From Candidatus Versatilivorator sp. (GTDB taxonomy: Bacteria > Acidobacteriota > Terriglobia > Versatilivoradales > Versatilivoraceae), in NCBI GenBank assembly GCA_965207735.1, contig OZ242296.1, positions 2,624,001-2,688,000 of the forward strand: a DNA stretch of 64,000 nucleotides. The letters run 5' to 3'. Positions 1-9,161 of the stretch are shown in pieces. The notes below the pieces were generated by a model. The model was not told the origin of the DNA and did no database searches. It worked only from the letters and a program-made list of their open reading frames with translations. Position 1 is the first letter of the stretch; the number at the start of each line of letters is the position of its first letter. The translations under genes and the position numbers were made by a program.

Positions 1-1518
1 CAGGGGAAAGAGAATGACATCTCGGATGGAAACGGAATCGGTAAAGAGCATGGCGAGCCGATCGATGCCGATCCCTTCCCCGGCGGTGGGCGGCATCCCG
101 TAACGAAGGGCTCTGACGTAGTCCTCATCCATCTGGTGAGCTTCCTCGTCTCCCTTCTCACGTTGTGCCGCCTGAGCCTCGAAACGTCGCTTCTGCTCCT
201 CGGGATCATTGAGCTCGCTGTAGGCGTTGGCGATTTCCATCCCACCGATGTAGAGCTCGAACCGTTCCACCAGCGAGGGATCCTCGGGCTTGGTCTTGCT
301 GAGGGGGGAAAGCTCGAGCGGATAGTCGTAGATGATGGTCGGCTGGATCAGATGCCTCTCCACCACCGCATCGAACAGGCTTGCCCAGATCAGTCCCCTC
401 GAATCTCCGGGCTTGCAGTTCACCGGGTCGAGCCCGCGCGAATCCGCATACCTGTTCCAACGGCGACACACCTGGGTCAGTGTCGTGATTGTTTCCAGGT
501 CCTCGGCACCGGGAACCGGCAAGGCCTCGCCGGGCCAGAACTGCAGGATGGATTCCTTCAGGGAATAGCGCGCCCAGGTCTGAAGAGAAATCCGGACTCC
601 GTTGAATTCGAATTCCAGACTCCCCAGAATTTCACGGGCCAGCCCCTTCAACAGGTCCTGGGTCAGGTCCATCAGCTCACGATAGTCGCTGTAGGACTGA
701 TAGAACTCCAGCATGGTAAATTCAGGATTGTGCTGGGTCGAGATCCCCTCGTTGCGAAAATTGCGGTTGATCTCGTAGACCCGTTCCAGCTGCCCTACGA
801 TCAGCCGCTTCAGGTAGAGTTCCGGCGCGATTCTGAGATACAGAGGCATGCCGAGCGTGTTGTGAAAGGTGCGGAAGGGCCGTGCCGTAGCTCCACCGGC
901 AACCGGCTGCATCATCGGGGTCTCGACTTCGACGTATTCTCTCTCGTCCAGGTAGTTCCGAATTCCCCTGATAATCCGGCTGCGGGTGACAAAGACCTCA
1001 CGCACCTCCGGATTGGCGATGAGATCCAGATAACGTTGCCTGTAACGGATTTCGATATCGGTGAGTCCGTGCCATTTCTCCGGCAGCGGCAACAGGGACT
1101 TGGCCAGGAACTCCAGGCCGGTGGCATGGACGGTAAGTTCGCCGGTCCGGGTGCGAAAAAGAAATCCCTCGACGCCCAGGAAGTCTCCGACATCCAGAAG
1201 CCGATAGAGCTCGAAAAGCCGTTCGCCTACCCCATCTCGGCGAATATATACCTGCAGGCGCCGTTCGCCGTCGGACAGGTTCAGGAAACCGGCCTTCCCC
1301 TTGCCTCGAATGGCCACCACCCGGCCGCAAACCCGCACGGCGACGCGGCGGGATTCCAGTTCTTCCTTGGAAGAATCCCGGTTCTGCCCGAGGACCTGCA
1401 GCAGAGAATGGCTGGAGGAATACGCGTGCGGGTAGGGGGGACAGTCCAGGGCCTTGATCTTTTCAAGCTTGGCGTATCGCTGAGCAACAAGAGTCTGCTC
1501 GGTCTTGGATGGACTCAA
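1..1518 (-). CDS. lysS: Lysyl-tRNA synthetase (class II), 3' end runs off the window
   Basis: Not in the ORF track. Manual minus-strand translation from TTG at 1518 gives MSPSKTEQTLVAQRYAKLEKIKALDCPPYPH... and ends ...YGMPPTAGEGIGIDRLAMLFTDSVSIRDVILFPL at base 1 (LysRS motif 3 and C-terminus). Start codon inferred. Confidence 0.95.
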   Translation of the reverse strand, partial: MSPSKTEQTLVAQRYAKLEKIKALDCPPYPHAYSSSHSLLQVLGQNRDSSKEELESRRVAVRVCGRVVAIRGKGKAGFLNLSDGERRLQVYIRRDGVGERLFELYRLLDVGDFLGVEGFLFRTRTGELTVHATGLEFLAKSLLPLPEKWHGLTDIEIRYRQRYLDLIANPEVREVFVTRSRIIRGIRNYLDEREYVEVETPMMQPVAGGATARPFRTFHNTLGMPLYLRIAPELYLKRLIVGQLERVYEINRNFRNEGISTQHNPEFTMLEFYQSYSDYRELMDLTQDLLKGLAREILGSLEFEFNGVRISLQTWARYSLKESILQFWPGEALPVPGAEDLETITTLTQVCRRWNRYADSRGLDPVNCKPGDSRGLIWASLFDAVVERHLIQPTIIYDYPLELSPLSKTKPEDPSLVERFELYIGGMEIANAYSELNDPEEQKRRFEAQAAQREKGDEEAHQMDEDYVRALRYGMPPTAGEGIGIDRLAMLFTDSVSIRDVILFPL

Positions 1519-1943
1519 GGCTCTCTGCCTCCCTCGGTTGCGACTTCCTTGCGGATACTGTCCAGGACGCCGTTAACGAATTGGATGGCCTCCGAGGTAC
1601 TGAACCGGCGGGCAATCTCCAGGGCTTCATTGATGGCGACGACCCTGGGGGTTTGGGTTTCGTACAACAACTCGAAGGTGGCCAGCCGCAGGACATTCCT
1701 GTCGACAGTGGCCATGCGGGGAAGGCGCCAATGGTCGGCGTGGCGGGCCAGCAGAACGTCGATCCGAGCGATGTGGCGGACGGTTCCGGAGGCGAGATGG
1801 TTGGCGAAGGCTCGGGTGTCAGCCTCGGAATCCTGGTTCAGAGTCCAGAAGGTCCTGCAGACATCGTTGAACGATGCCTTGGAAAGATCCCATTGAAAAA
1901 GCATCTGCAGTGCATGCTCACGCCCCTGCCTTCGTCCGCCCAT
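1515..1943 (-). CDS. nusB: Transcription antitermination factor NusB
   Basis: RRQGREHALQMLFQ N-terminus, DRNVLRLA, INEALEIARRFS and FVNGVLD motifs; follows ribH. Confidence 0.96.
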   Translation of the reverse strand: MGGRRQGREHALQMLFQWDLSKASFNDVCRTFWTLNQDSEADTRAFANHLASGTVRHIARIDVLLARHADHWRLPRMATVDRNVLRLATFELLYETQTPRVVAINEALEIARRFSTSEAIQFVNGVLDSIRKEVATEGGREP

Positions 1944-1981
1944 GGATCGATGTCCTCGAAAGGCCGCTCCGGAAGATCGAT

Positions 1982-2449
1982 CTATCCAAGTTGCTTCAGT
2001 AGATTGGCCATTTCGACGGCCGACATCGCAGCCTCGAATCCCTTGTTGCCGGACTTGAGCCCCGCCCGGTCAATGGCTTGCTCCACGCTTTCCGCCGTTA
2101 CCACACCGAAGGCCACCGGCACCTCTGAATCCAGGGACACCGATGCAATTCCCCTGGCCGCCTCGTTGCAAATGTAGGTGAAGTGCGGAGTTTCTCCCTG
2201 AATCAGGGTCCCCAGGCAGACCACCGCCTGGTACCTTCCGCTGCCTGCCGCCTTCTTGGCCGCCAAGGGAATCTCGAAAGATCCGGGCACCTTGATCACG
2301 TCGATGTCCCCTTCAGCCGCACCGGTTCGAGTCAGCGCGTCCAGCGCTCCCTCCAGCAGCCGCTGGGTCACAAAACCGTTGAAGCGACTCAGCACGATGG
2401 CAAAGCTGAGCCCCTTGGCATTCAGATTCCCCTGGATCGTGTTCACCAC
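1982..2449 (-). CDS. ribH: 6,7-dimethyl-8-ribityllumazine synthase
   Basis: [22 protein letters not shown] and NKGFEAA motifs. Confidence 0.97.
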   Translation of the reverse strand: MVNTIQGNLNAKGLSFAIVLSRFNGFVTQRLLEGALDALTRTGAAEGDIDVIKVPGSFEIPLAAKKAAGSGRYQAVVCLGTLIQGETPHFTYICNEAARGIASVSLDSEVPVAFGVVTAESVEQAIDRAGLKSGNKGFEAAMSAVEMANLLKQLG

Positions 2450-2654
2450 CCTGCGCCTCCTGAAACGCGGCCGCCCGGATTCGACCGCCGGGCAACCCTA
2501 CGATCTCAAAGCTTCCGTGCCAAAACGCCTCAGGATGATAACAGCTTTTCACATGGAGTGTGGCCTGCATTCGTCATTTGGAGGTTGGATGGATCCTGTG
2601 ATCGTCACTCACGGGACGCCGCGTTTGCCCCCCTCCGGGACCGACAGGAACGGA

Positions 2655-2838
2655 CGTGCCTGAAACAAACGAAAAAAGACAATAGAGTTATCCACGAAGG
2701 GCCACGAAGAACGACGAAGGGCCACTAAGGCGTTGAGGTTAACCGCGACGGGATGCCAAGTTCACGAAAGGATTATCGATTTCCGATTGTTTGACTCTAG
2801 AATAATTAGCCCGGCGGGAGGGGGCCGGGCTTGTCTCC
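2655..2838 (+). repeat. Family A dispersed repeat, copy 1
   Basis: CCTGAAACAA...TATCCACGAAGGGCCACGAAGAACGACGAAGGGCCACTAAGGCGTTGAGGTTAACCGCGACGGG...CTTGTCT; aligns by eye with six other copies. Confidence 0.9.
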
Positions 2839-2913
2839 CACGTCAGGCTCCCTTAAGATGAGTTCTGTGCGGTAATTCCCGGACATCCGCAAACACCGGA
2901 CGGACCCCTGCCC

Positions 2914-3837
2914 ATGCTGCCTGCCCGCCTGCGCTGGAAGTTGCGCATCATCGCCCAGCAACTGGAAAGGCAACTCGACTACTGGAAAAATCTCTGGCAA
3001 GGCACCCAGGTCACCACCAGAATGTGTCCCTCCTGCCGGGCTCTGGTCGGCGTGCAGGAATCCGCGTGCTCCCTCTGCGGGGCCAGGCTCCGGCGGCGAC
3101 CCAGCGGGTTGGGCAAGCTGCTGAGCAATGTCCTGCCCCAGTACACACCCGTCTCCTACGCGCTTCTGACCGCCAATTTCCTGGTCTTCCTGGCCATGTT
3201 CGCTACCGAGCAACAGGGCACCGTCACTGATTTCGGCCGGCTTCTGACCGGGGGGAACCGGCAGGCCCTGGTGGCTTGGGGAGCCGACGTGCCCGCCCTG
3301 GTAGCCCAGGGGGAATGGTGGCGCCTGGTATCCGCCATTTTCATCCACATCGGCATCATCCACCTGCTGTTCAACTCCTATGCCCTGATGTTCATCGGGC
3401 CGCTGCTGGAAGAACTGCTGGGCAAGGAACGGTTCCTGGTCTCCTACCTGGCCACCGGAGTCATCGGCTTTGGCCTCAGCAACTGGTATTACCCGCCCTG
3501 GCTGGTGACCGCGGGAGCCTCGGGCGCCGTCTTTGGAATGATCGCCATGGCGGTGGTTCTCTCCCGGCGCTGGGGATCCTGGGGTCAAGTACTGCAACAG
3601 CAACTGGTCCACTGGATTATCTACGCATTCGTCTTCGGGATCTTCATTGGAGCCAACAACGCCGCCCACTTCGGGGGCGCATTGGCCGGCGCCGCTCTGG
3701 CTTTGGCGCTGCCCAACCCCAATCGACATCAGGAAACCCCCTTCCTGGGCCTGTTGTGGCGGGTGCTCTACTGGTCCAGCCTGGCGGCCATCGCCCTGTC
3801 TCTCCTCCTGGCCGTCCTGAATCGGCTTGAATTCTAG
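2914..3837 (+). CDS. Rhomboid family intramembrane serine protease with N-terminal zinc ribbon
   Basis: CPSC...CSLC ribbon, WRL, HLLFN, catalytic GASGA and AAHFGG; several hydrophobic segments. Confidence 0.92.
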   Translation: MLPARLRWKLRIIAQQLERQLDYWKNLWQGTQVTTRMCPSCRALVGVQESACSLCGARLRRRPSGLGKLLSNVLPQYTPVSYALLTANFLVFLAMFATEQQGTVTDFGRLLTGGNRQALVAWGADVPALVAQGEWWRLVSAIFIHIGIIHLLFNSYALMFIGPLLEELLGKERFLVSYLATGVIGFGLSNWYYPPWLVTAGASGAVFGMIAMAVVLSRRWGSWGQVLQQQLVHWIIYAFVFGIFIGANNAAHFGGALAGAALALALPNPNRHQETPFLGLLWRVLYWSSLAAIALSLLLAVLNRLEF

Positions 3838-3882
3838 CCCCCTTCCGAGGACTACCGGCGGAAACCAGCCTGCAAGCTGGGC

Positions 3883-3888
3883 TATAAT
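3883..3888 (+). promoter_or_regulatory. Putative -10 box (TATAAT) 8 nt before the glcD ATG
   Basis: Perfect TATAAT in GC-rich DNA; no Shine-Dalgarno between it and ATG 3897. Confidence 0.55.
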
Positions 3889-3896
3889 GCGGCACC

Positions 3897-5396
3897 ATGA
3901 CAGTTGCAACATCCCAACCGGGCATCCCCCGGACCGAGACCCGCAAGGAACTGGTGGCCTTGCTGGGCAGCGACAGGGTCCTCCACACCCCGGAAGAACT
4001 GCTGGTGTATGAATGCGACGGGTTGACCCTTCACTCCCGCATGCCCGATTTCGTGGTCTTCCCCGACACCACCGAGGAAGTGCTTCAGATCGTCAGGCTT
4101 GCCTGCCGTCAAGGGATCCCCTTTCTGGCCCGGGGCGCCGGAACCAGCTTGAGCGGCGGAACCATCGCCGCGGAGGGTGGAATCGTGCTGGAGCTCTCCA
4201 GGATGAATCGGATCCTGGAGATCGACCTGGAGAATCGCATGGCCCGGGTTCAGCCGGGAGTCGTGAACCAGCACGTCACCCGGGCAGTCGAAGCCGACGA
4301 GTTCTACTATGCTCCCGACCCGTCAAGCCAGGTAGCGTCGACCATTGGGGGCAACGTGGCCGAAAACGCCGGCGGTCCGCACACGCTCAAGTATGGCGTC
4401 ACCACCAACCATGTGCTGGAGCTGCAAGCCGTGTTGCCGGACGGCGAAGTCTACCGACTGGGAACCGCGGCCGGAGACCCGGTCGGTTTCGACCTGGTGG
4501 GAACCTTCGTCGGTTCCGAGGGAACCCTGGGCATCGCGACCGAAGTGACTGTTCGCCTGCTGCACGCGGCGCCGGCGGTGAAAACGCTTCTGGCCGTGTA
4601 CGACTCGGTGTCGGAAGCGACCCAGACGGTCTCCGGGATCATTGCGCGGGGCATCGTACCCGCGGCCCTGGAGATGATCGACAAGAACACCATTCAGGCG
4701 ATCGAAGCCGGAGTCTACGCCAGCGGCATTCCCCAGGACGCCGCAGCCGTACTTCTCATCGAAGTGGACGGGCTGGAGGCCGGCATCGACCGGCAACTGG
4801 AGGAAATCCTGGAGGTCATCGGATCCCGCCAGGCCCGGGAGGTACGGGTCGCAGGCTCGGCCGCGGAGCGAAAGAAGCTGTGGGCGGCACGAAAGAATGC
4901 CTTCGGCGCCTACGGGCGCATCAGTCCGAACTACTACACCATGGACGGCGTCATTCCACGCAGCAAGCTTCCGGAGGTCCTTGACCGTATCGAGAGCCTC
5001 GGCCGGGAATATGGCCTGCGGATGGCCAACGTATTTCATGCCGGGGATGGTAATCTTCATCCCATCATTCTCTACGACATCGCCCAGGACGATGCCAGGG
5101 AAAGAGTCATGGCGCTGGCCGGCGCCATCCTGCGCTGTTGCATGGATGTGGGAGGGACCTTGAGCGGAGAGCACGGAATCGGGTTGGAAAAGAGAGAGTT
5201 CATGCGGTTGTTCTTCAGCGAGGCCGATCTTCAAGTGATGGAACGGCTCAAGCGGGTTTTCAACCCGGACAATCTTGCCAATCCGCAAAAGATTTTTCCC
5301 ATGCGACGCGGATGCGGGGAGATGTCCTCGCTATCGGAAGACAGCCGCGATCGCCTCAGCCGATTTGAGGAAGACCCGGAGTTCGTGCGGTTCTGA
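3897..5396 (+). CDS. glcD: Glycolate oxidase FAD-linked subunit GlcD
   Basis: ARGAGTSLSGG, APDPSS, GGNVAENAGG, GSEGTLG, HAGDGNLH and GEHGIG motifs. Confidence 0.93.
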   Translation: MTVATSQPGIPRTETRKELVALLGSDRVLHTPEELLVYECDGLTLHSRMPDFVVFPDTTEEVLQIVRLACRQGIPFLARGAGTSLSGGTIAAEGGIVLELSRMNRILEIDLENRMARVQPGVVNQHVTRAVEADEFYYAPDPSSQVASTIGGNVAENAGGPHTLKYGVTTNHVLELQAVLPDGEVYRLGTAAGDPVGFDLVGTFVGSEGTLGIATEVTVRLLHAAPAVKTLLAVYDSVSEATQTVSGIIARGIVPAALEMIDKNTIQAIEAGVYASGIPQDAAAVLLIEVDGLEAGIDRQLEEILEVIGSRQAREVRVAGSAAERKKLWAARKNAFGAYGRISPNYYTMDGVIPRSKLPEVLDRIESLGREYGLRMANVFHAGDGNLHPIILYDIAQDDARERVMALAGAILRCCMDVGGTLSGEHGIGLEKREFMRLFFSEADLQVMERLKRVFNPDNLANPQKIFPMRRGCGEMSSLSEDSRDRLSRFEEDPEFVRF

Positions 5397-5413
5397 CCGG
5401 GCTGCCCCTGACG

Positions 5414-6829
5414 GTGGCCTCACCACACACAGGACGGGTGTCATACATGGTTGGACCCGGTTCAGGATCTCGAGGTCGGGCGGTGACGAAACGTCCCGTG
5501 CCGCCGCCGGCCAATCCGAAGATTTCCTGCGCCCTTCCCACTTCCCGGCTGGAGTCATTCGCCGTGCAGGGGAAGCATCCCGACCGGGCCGCCGCTCCAC
5601 GAACACCCGAGGAGATCAGCGATCTCCTGCGAACGGCTCAGCACGAACAGTGGGCCGTGGTGCCTTTTGGATCCGGAAGCCGCCGGGACCTCGGAAACCC
5701 TCCCAAGCGCTTCGACCTGGCCCTCGCGACCACCCGCCTGGACCGAATCCCGGAATATGAGCCCCAGGACCTGGTGGTCAGGGTGGAAAGCGGGTGTCGC
5801 TTGGGACGGCTGCAGGAAATGCTGGCGGCCGACCGCTTGTGCCTGCCCATCGATCCGCCTGGGTATGGCCAGACGACTCTGGGGGGGATGGTAGCCACCA
5901 ACGCCAGTGGACCGGGTCGATTGGGCCATGGGACCCTTCGCGACTACCTGCTCGGAATCGGTGTTGTCCAGGCAGACGGATCCCAAACGCGTTTTGGCTC
6001 CAGAGTGGTCAAGAACGTCACCGGGTACGACATGTGCAAGCTCTATGCGGGCTCTTTCGGCACCCTGGGCATCTTTTCGGACTTCTACCTCAAGCTCAAG
6101 CCCCTTCCCGCCGTGGAGAAGACGGTGGTGGGTCTCTTCAAGAGCCTCCCGCAGGTGCAGGGCGCCTTGAGCCGGTTGCTGCAATCTCCATTGATTCCCA
6201 CCGCCGTTGAATTTCTGAACAGCGGCGCCTGGAGGCGGCTTGACCGGGAGTTGGATTGGAACGGAAAGATCGGAGGCTATGCCCTGGCGGTCAAGTTCGG
6301 CGATCTGGAGGCGGCCGTCAACTGGCAGGTCGAGGAGTTGAGATCTATGTGGGGTAAGCACGCGGATGGAGACATGCCGGTCAGTGACTCCCGGGACCAG
6401 ACCGTGCTCTGGGATTTCTTGCGAGAGGACCACTTCTGCCTGGCGGCGCCACCGCTGGAAAGCCTGAAGCTCAAAGTCAACATCCTTCCCAATCAACTGG
6501 TCCGGTGGATCGGGGAGGTCGAAAGGCAGTTGTCCGAGACCGAAGTCCCATTCTTCTTGAGAGCCCACGCCGGAAGCGGAGTGTTGCGTGCCTTCTGCCA
6601 TCTCGACCCTTCGAACCCTCGGGCGGGGAGGCTGGCGACTCTGATCGAGAGGTGGCGGAGCTTGCTGAATGCGGTACGCGGCAGCGTGGTCATTGAGAAG
6701 GGTCCCGCCAATCTGAAGGCCCAGGTCGATGCCTGGGGCTATCGATACAAGGACCTGAAACTGATGAAACAGGTCAAGAACCAACTCGACCCCCGGGAGA
6801 TCCTGAACCCGGGAAGATTCGTGGTTTGA
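5414..6829 (+). CDS. glcE: Glycolate oxidase FAD-binding subunit GlcE (true start may be up to ~70 nt downstream)
   Basis: TLGGMVATNASGP, VVKNVTGYDMCKL, GSFGTLG and C-terminal LNPGRF; lies between glcD and glcF. Confidence 0.88.
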   Translation: MASPHTGRVSYMVGPGSGSRGRAVTKRPVPPPANPKISCALPTSRLESFAVQGKHPDRAAAPRTPEEISDLLRTAQHEQWAVVPFGSGSRRDLGNPPKRFDLALATTRLDRIPEYEPQDLVVRVESGCRLGRLQEMLAADRLCLPIDPPGYGQTTLGGMVATNASGPGRLGHGTLRDYLLGIGVVQADGSQTRFGSRVVKNVTGYDMCKLYAGSFGTLGIFSDFYLKLKPLPAVEKTVVGLFKSLPQVQGALSRLLQSPLIPTAVEFLNSGAWRRLDRELDWNGKIGGYALAVKFGDLEAAVNWQVEELRSMWGKHADGDMPVSDSRDQTVLWDFLREDHFCLAAPPLESLKLKVNILPNQLVRWIGEVERQLSETEVPFFLRAHAGSGVLRAFCHLDPSNPRAGRLATLIERWRSLLNAVRGSVVIEKGPANLKAQVDAWGYRYKDLKLMKQVKNQLDPREILNPGRFVV

Positions 6830-6848
6830 ACCCGCCCCGGTCCTGTTC

Positions 6849-8207
6849 GTGAGGCGGGTGTTATCGGAGGCGCCAGTGGAATCACCGGCTCATCCAAAGC
6901 AGGCCGGCAGCACCGTGGCGGCGGACTTGACTCCTCAATGCGTCCATTGCGGGCTCTGCCTGCAAGCCTGTCCAACCTACATCGAGCTGGGGAAGGAAGC
7001 GGACTCGCCCAGAGGCCGCATCTATCTGATGCAAGCCCGCCAACGTGGAAGGCTTCCGGTTGCCGGAAGTTTTGCCGAGCACATCTCCACCTGCCTGGAC
7101 TGCCGTGCCTGCGAGTCGGCTTGCCCTTCAGGCGTGCCCTACGGAGAACTGGTGGAGCAGGCCCGCGAGGTCGTCGAGCAACAACTGAAGCGCCCCTTCC
7201 TGGTGGACGCCCTCCGCCGCTACGTCTTCGGCTGGGTTTTCCCCTCTCCGCCGATCCTGCGGTTCCATTTTCATTTGCTGCGTCTCTACCAGCGCCTGGG
7301 CTTGCAGACATTGGTCCGCGGGCTGGCTGCCCTTAAATTGATTCCAGCGCGGTTGGCCGGCATGGAACGGTTGCTACCCGACCTTCGAGGGCGTGCCGCT
7401 CCGGTTGAACTGGGGGCGATCTTCAACAGCAAAGGAGCCACCCGGTTCCGAGTGGGATTGGTCGCCGGATGTGTCATGAACGAAATCTTTGCCGGCATTC
7501 ACCACGCCACCATACGAGTCCTGCAACGGAACGGTTGTGAGATCGTCGTCCCTGCCTCCCAGGTCTGCTGCGCCGCGCTCCACGCCCACGCCGGCATTAC
7601 GGCGACTGCTCAGGAGATGGCGAAAAGGAATATCCGGGCCTTCGAGCAGGCCGGCGTCTCGGCGGTCATCGTGAACGCAGCCGGATGCGGCGCCAAGCTC
7701 AAGGAGTATGGGGCCCTTCTCGCCCGTGATCCCGAGTTTTCATCCCGCGCCCGGTCCTTCAGCCAAAAGGTCGTGGATATATCGGAGTTTCTGGACGGGC
7801 TTCCGGCTCTGGCTCCACCTGGCCGACTGGAGATGAGGGTCGCTTACGACGACCCCTGTCACCTGCTGCATGCTCAAAGAATCGCCCAGGCGCCGCGCCG
7901 CTTGCTGCAGCAGATCCCGGGGCTGGAGCTGTTGGAGCTGCAGTATCCGGACCAATGTTGCGGGAGCGCCGGGATTTACAATATTACTCACCCCGAATTG
8001 TCCATGCGGATCCTGGAGCGCAAGGTCGAGGATATCAAGCAGTGCGGGCCGGCGGTGGTGGCCACCGGCAACCCGGGCTGTCTCCTTCAAATTGGCCAGG
8101 GCCTGCGGATGGCCGACCTGAACCATATTCAAGTGATGCATCCCCTGGAGATCCTCGATCGCGCCTATCGATCGGAGTCTTCCGGAAACGGTCGCAATCC
8201 CGACTGA
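6849..8207 (+). CDS. glcF: Glycolate oxidase iron-sulfur subunit GlcF
   Basis: CVHCGLCLQACP and CLDCRACESACP 4Fe-4S motifs, SPRGRI, two CCG-type domains (VCCAA, CCGSAG, NPGC). Confidence 0.92.
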   Translation: MRRVLSEAPVESPAHPKQAGSTVAADLTPQCVHCGLCLQACPTYIELGKEADSPRGRIYLMQARQRGRLPVAGSFAEHISTCLDCRACESACPSGVPYGELVEQAREVVEQQLKRPFLVDALRRYVFGWVFPSPPILRFHFHLLRLYQRLGLQTLVRGLAALKLIPARLAGMERLLPDLRGRAAPVELGAIFNSKGATRFRVGLVAGCVMNEIFAGIHHATIRVLQRNGCEIVVPASQVCCAALHAHAGITATAQEMAKRNIRAFEQAGVSAVIVNAAGCGAKLKEYGALLARDPEFSSRARSFSQKVVDISEFLDGLPALAPPGRLEMRVAYDDPCHLLHAQRIAQAPRRLLQQIPGLELLELQYPDQCCGSAGIYNITHPELSMRILERKVEDIKQCGPAVVATGNPGCLLQIGQGLRMADLNHIQVMHPLEILDRAYRSESSGNGRNPD

Positions 8208-8316
8208 ATCATCAGGAATTCCTATGATAAGGTTTGTCGAGCATCATCCGGACAGGCGCCCTGCTGGTGCAAGCAGCGAACAGTAACCGCGTGTTGGCGG
8301 ACGAAAGCCGGTCTCC

Positions 8317-8961
8317 ATGATGAACAAGCTGGAATCGATTGTCGGCGGTGTGGCCAGGGAGCGAGCCAGCCCACTTGCGGTCAGTCTGCAGGCTGACGTC
8401 CTGAAGGAGTTTCTCGGAGCCATCGGCCGCAAGAAAAGAGCCGTGTTGCTGGATATCGGTCCCCCCACGGGATCCAACGTCGAGTACTTCTTCGGACGTC
8501 AAATCAAGCTTTACGTGGAAGACCTGTTGGAAGCTTACGCGAAATCCAGATTCTCAACCCCGTTTGAAAATCAACGAACCCTCACTACCAGCAAGTTTTT
8601 CAGCGAAAACTTCAAATACCCCGTCGACTTCTTCGACGGACTGATTTGCTGGGATCTGCTGAGCTATCTGGATCCCGAATTCGCCTCCCTCTTTATGGCC
8701 CGAGTATCGGCGATGATGAAGCCGAAGAGCTTGGTCTTCGCTCTTTTTCAGACCAGACGGCCCGGCGCCGGCTCCGAAGGGATCCACCAGTACCGCATTG
8801 TCACCGAATCCAAGCTGGAACGCGTTCCCACCGGTCGCGCCATACCGATCCGGAAAATCTACCAGACCCGAGACGTGACTCAGTTGTTCGACGGGTACGA
8901 TACCCGGAGGTTCCTGCTCATGAAGCACAACCTCCTGGCTATCATCATGCAAAAGTACTGA
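8317..8961 (+). CDS. Class I SAM-dependent methyltransferase-like protein
   Basis: LLDIGP motif-I-like segment, FDGLICWDLLSYL, then MKPKSLV. Confidence 0.6.
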   Translation: MMNKLESIVGGVARERASPLAVSLQADVLKEFLGAIGRKKRAVLLDIGPPTGSNVEYFFGRQIKLYVEDLLEAYAKSRFSTPFENQRTLTTSKFFSENFKYPVDFFDGLICWDLLSYLDPEFASLFMARVSAMMKPKSLVFALFQTRRPGAGSEGIHQYRIVTESKLERVPTGRAIPIRKIYQTRDVTQLFDGYDTRRFLLMKHNLLAIIMQKY

Positions 8962-8964
8962 CCC

Positions 8965-9161
8965 TCAGGCAAGCCGGGGCCCCGCCCTGGCGTGCGGATC
9001 ATACATAGAGTGAAACAATCGGAAATCGATCAACCCTTCGCGAACTTGGTACCCCGTCGCGGCCAACCTCAGCGCCTTAGTGCCCCTTCGTCGTTCTTCG
9101 TGCCCCTTCGTGGATAAGTCTTTTTTCTTTTGTCGTTTGTCTGTTGTTTCAGACAAGCCGG
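8965..9161 (-). repeat. Family A dispersed repeat, copy 2, bounded by a 13-bp direct repeat
   Basis: TCAGGCAAGCCGG at 8965-8977 and TCAGACAAGCCGG at 9149-9161 flank the reverse-complement element between convergent genes. Confidence 0.92.

Noticed and set aside
136-1896. 586-aa plus-strand ORF
   Set aside because: Antisense shadow of lysS and nusB; no recognisable motifs. The same applies to most long overlapping ORFs in this GC-rich window (e.g. 39293-41392, 54230-56377).
2450-2655. FMN riboswitch upstream of ribH
   Set aside because: Could not find the conserved RFN motifs by eye; an Infernal search would be decisive.
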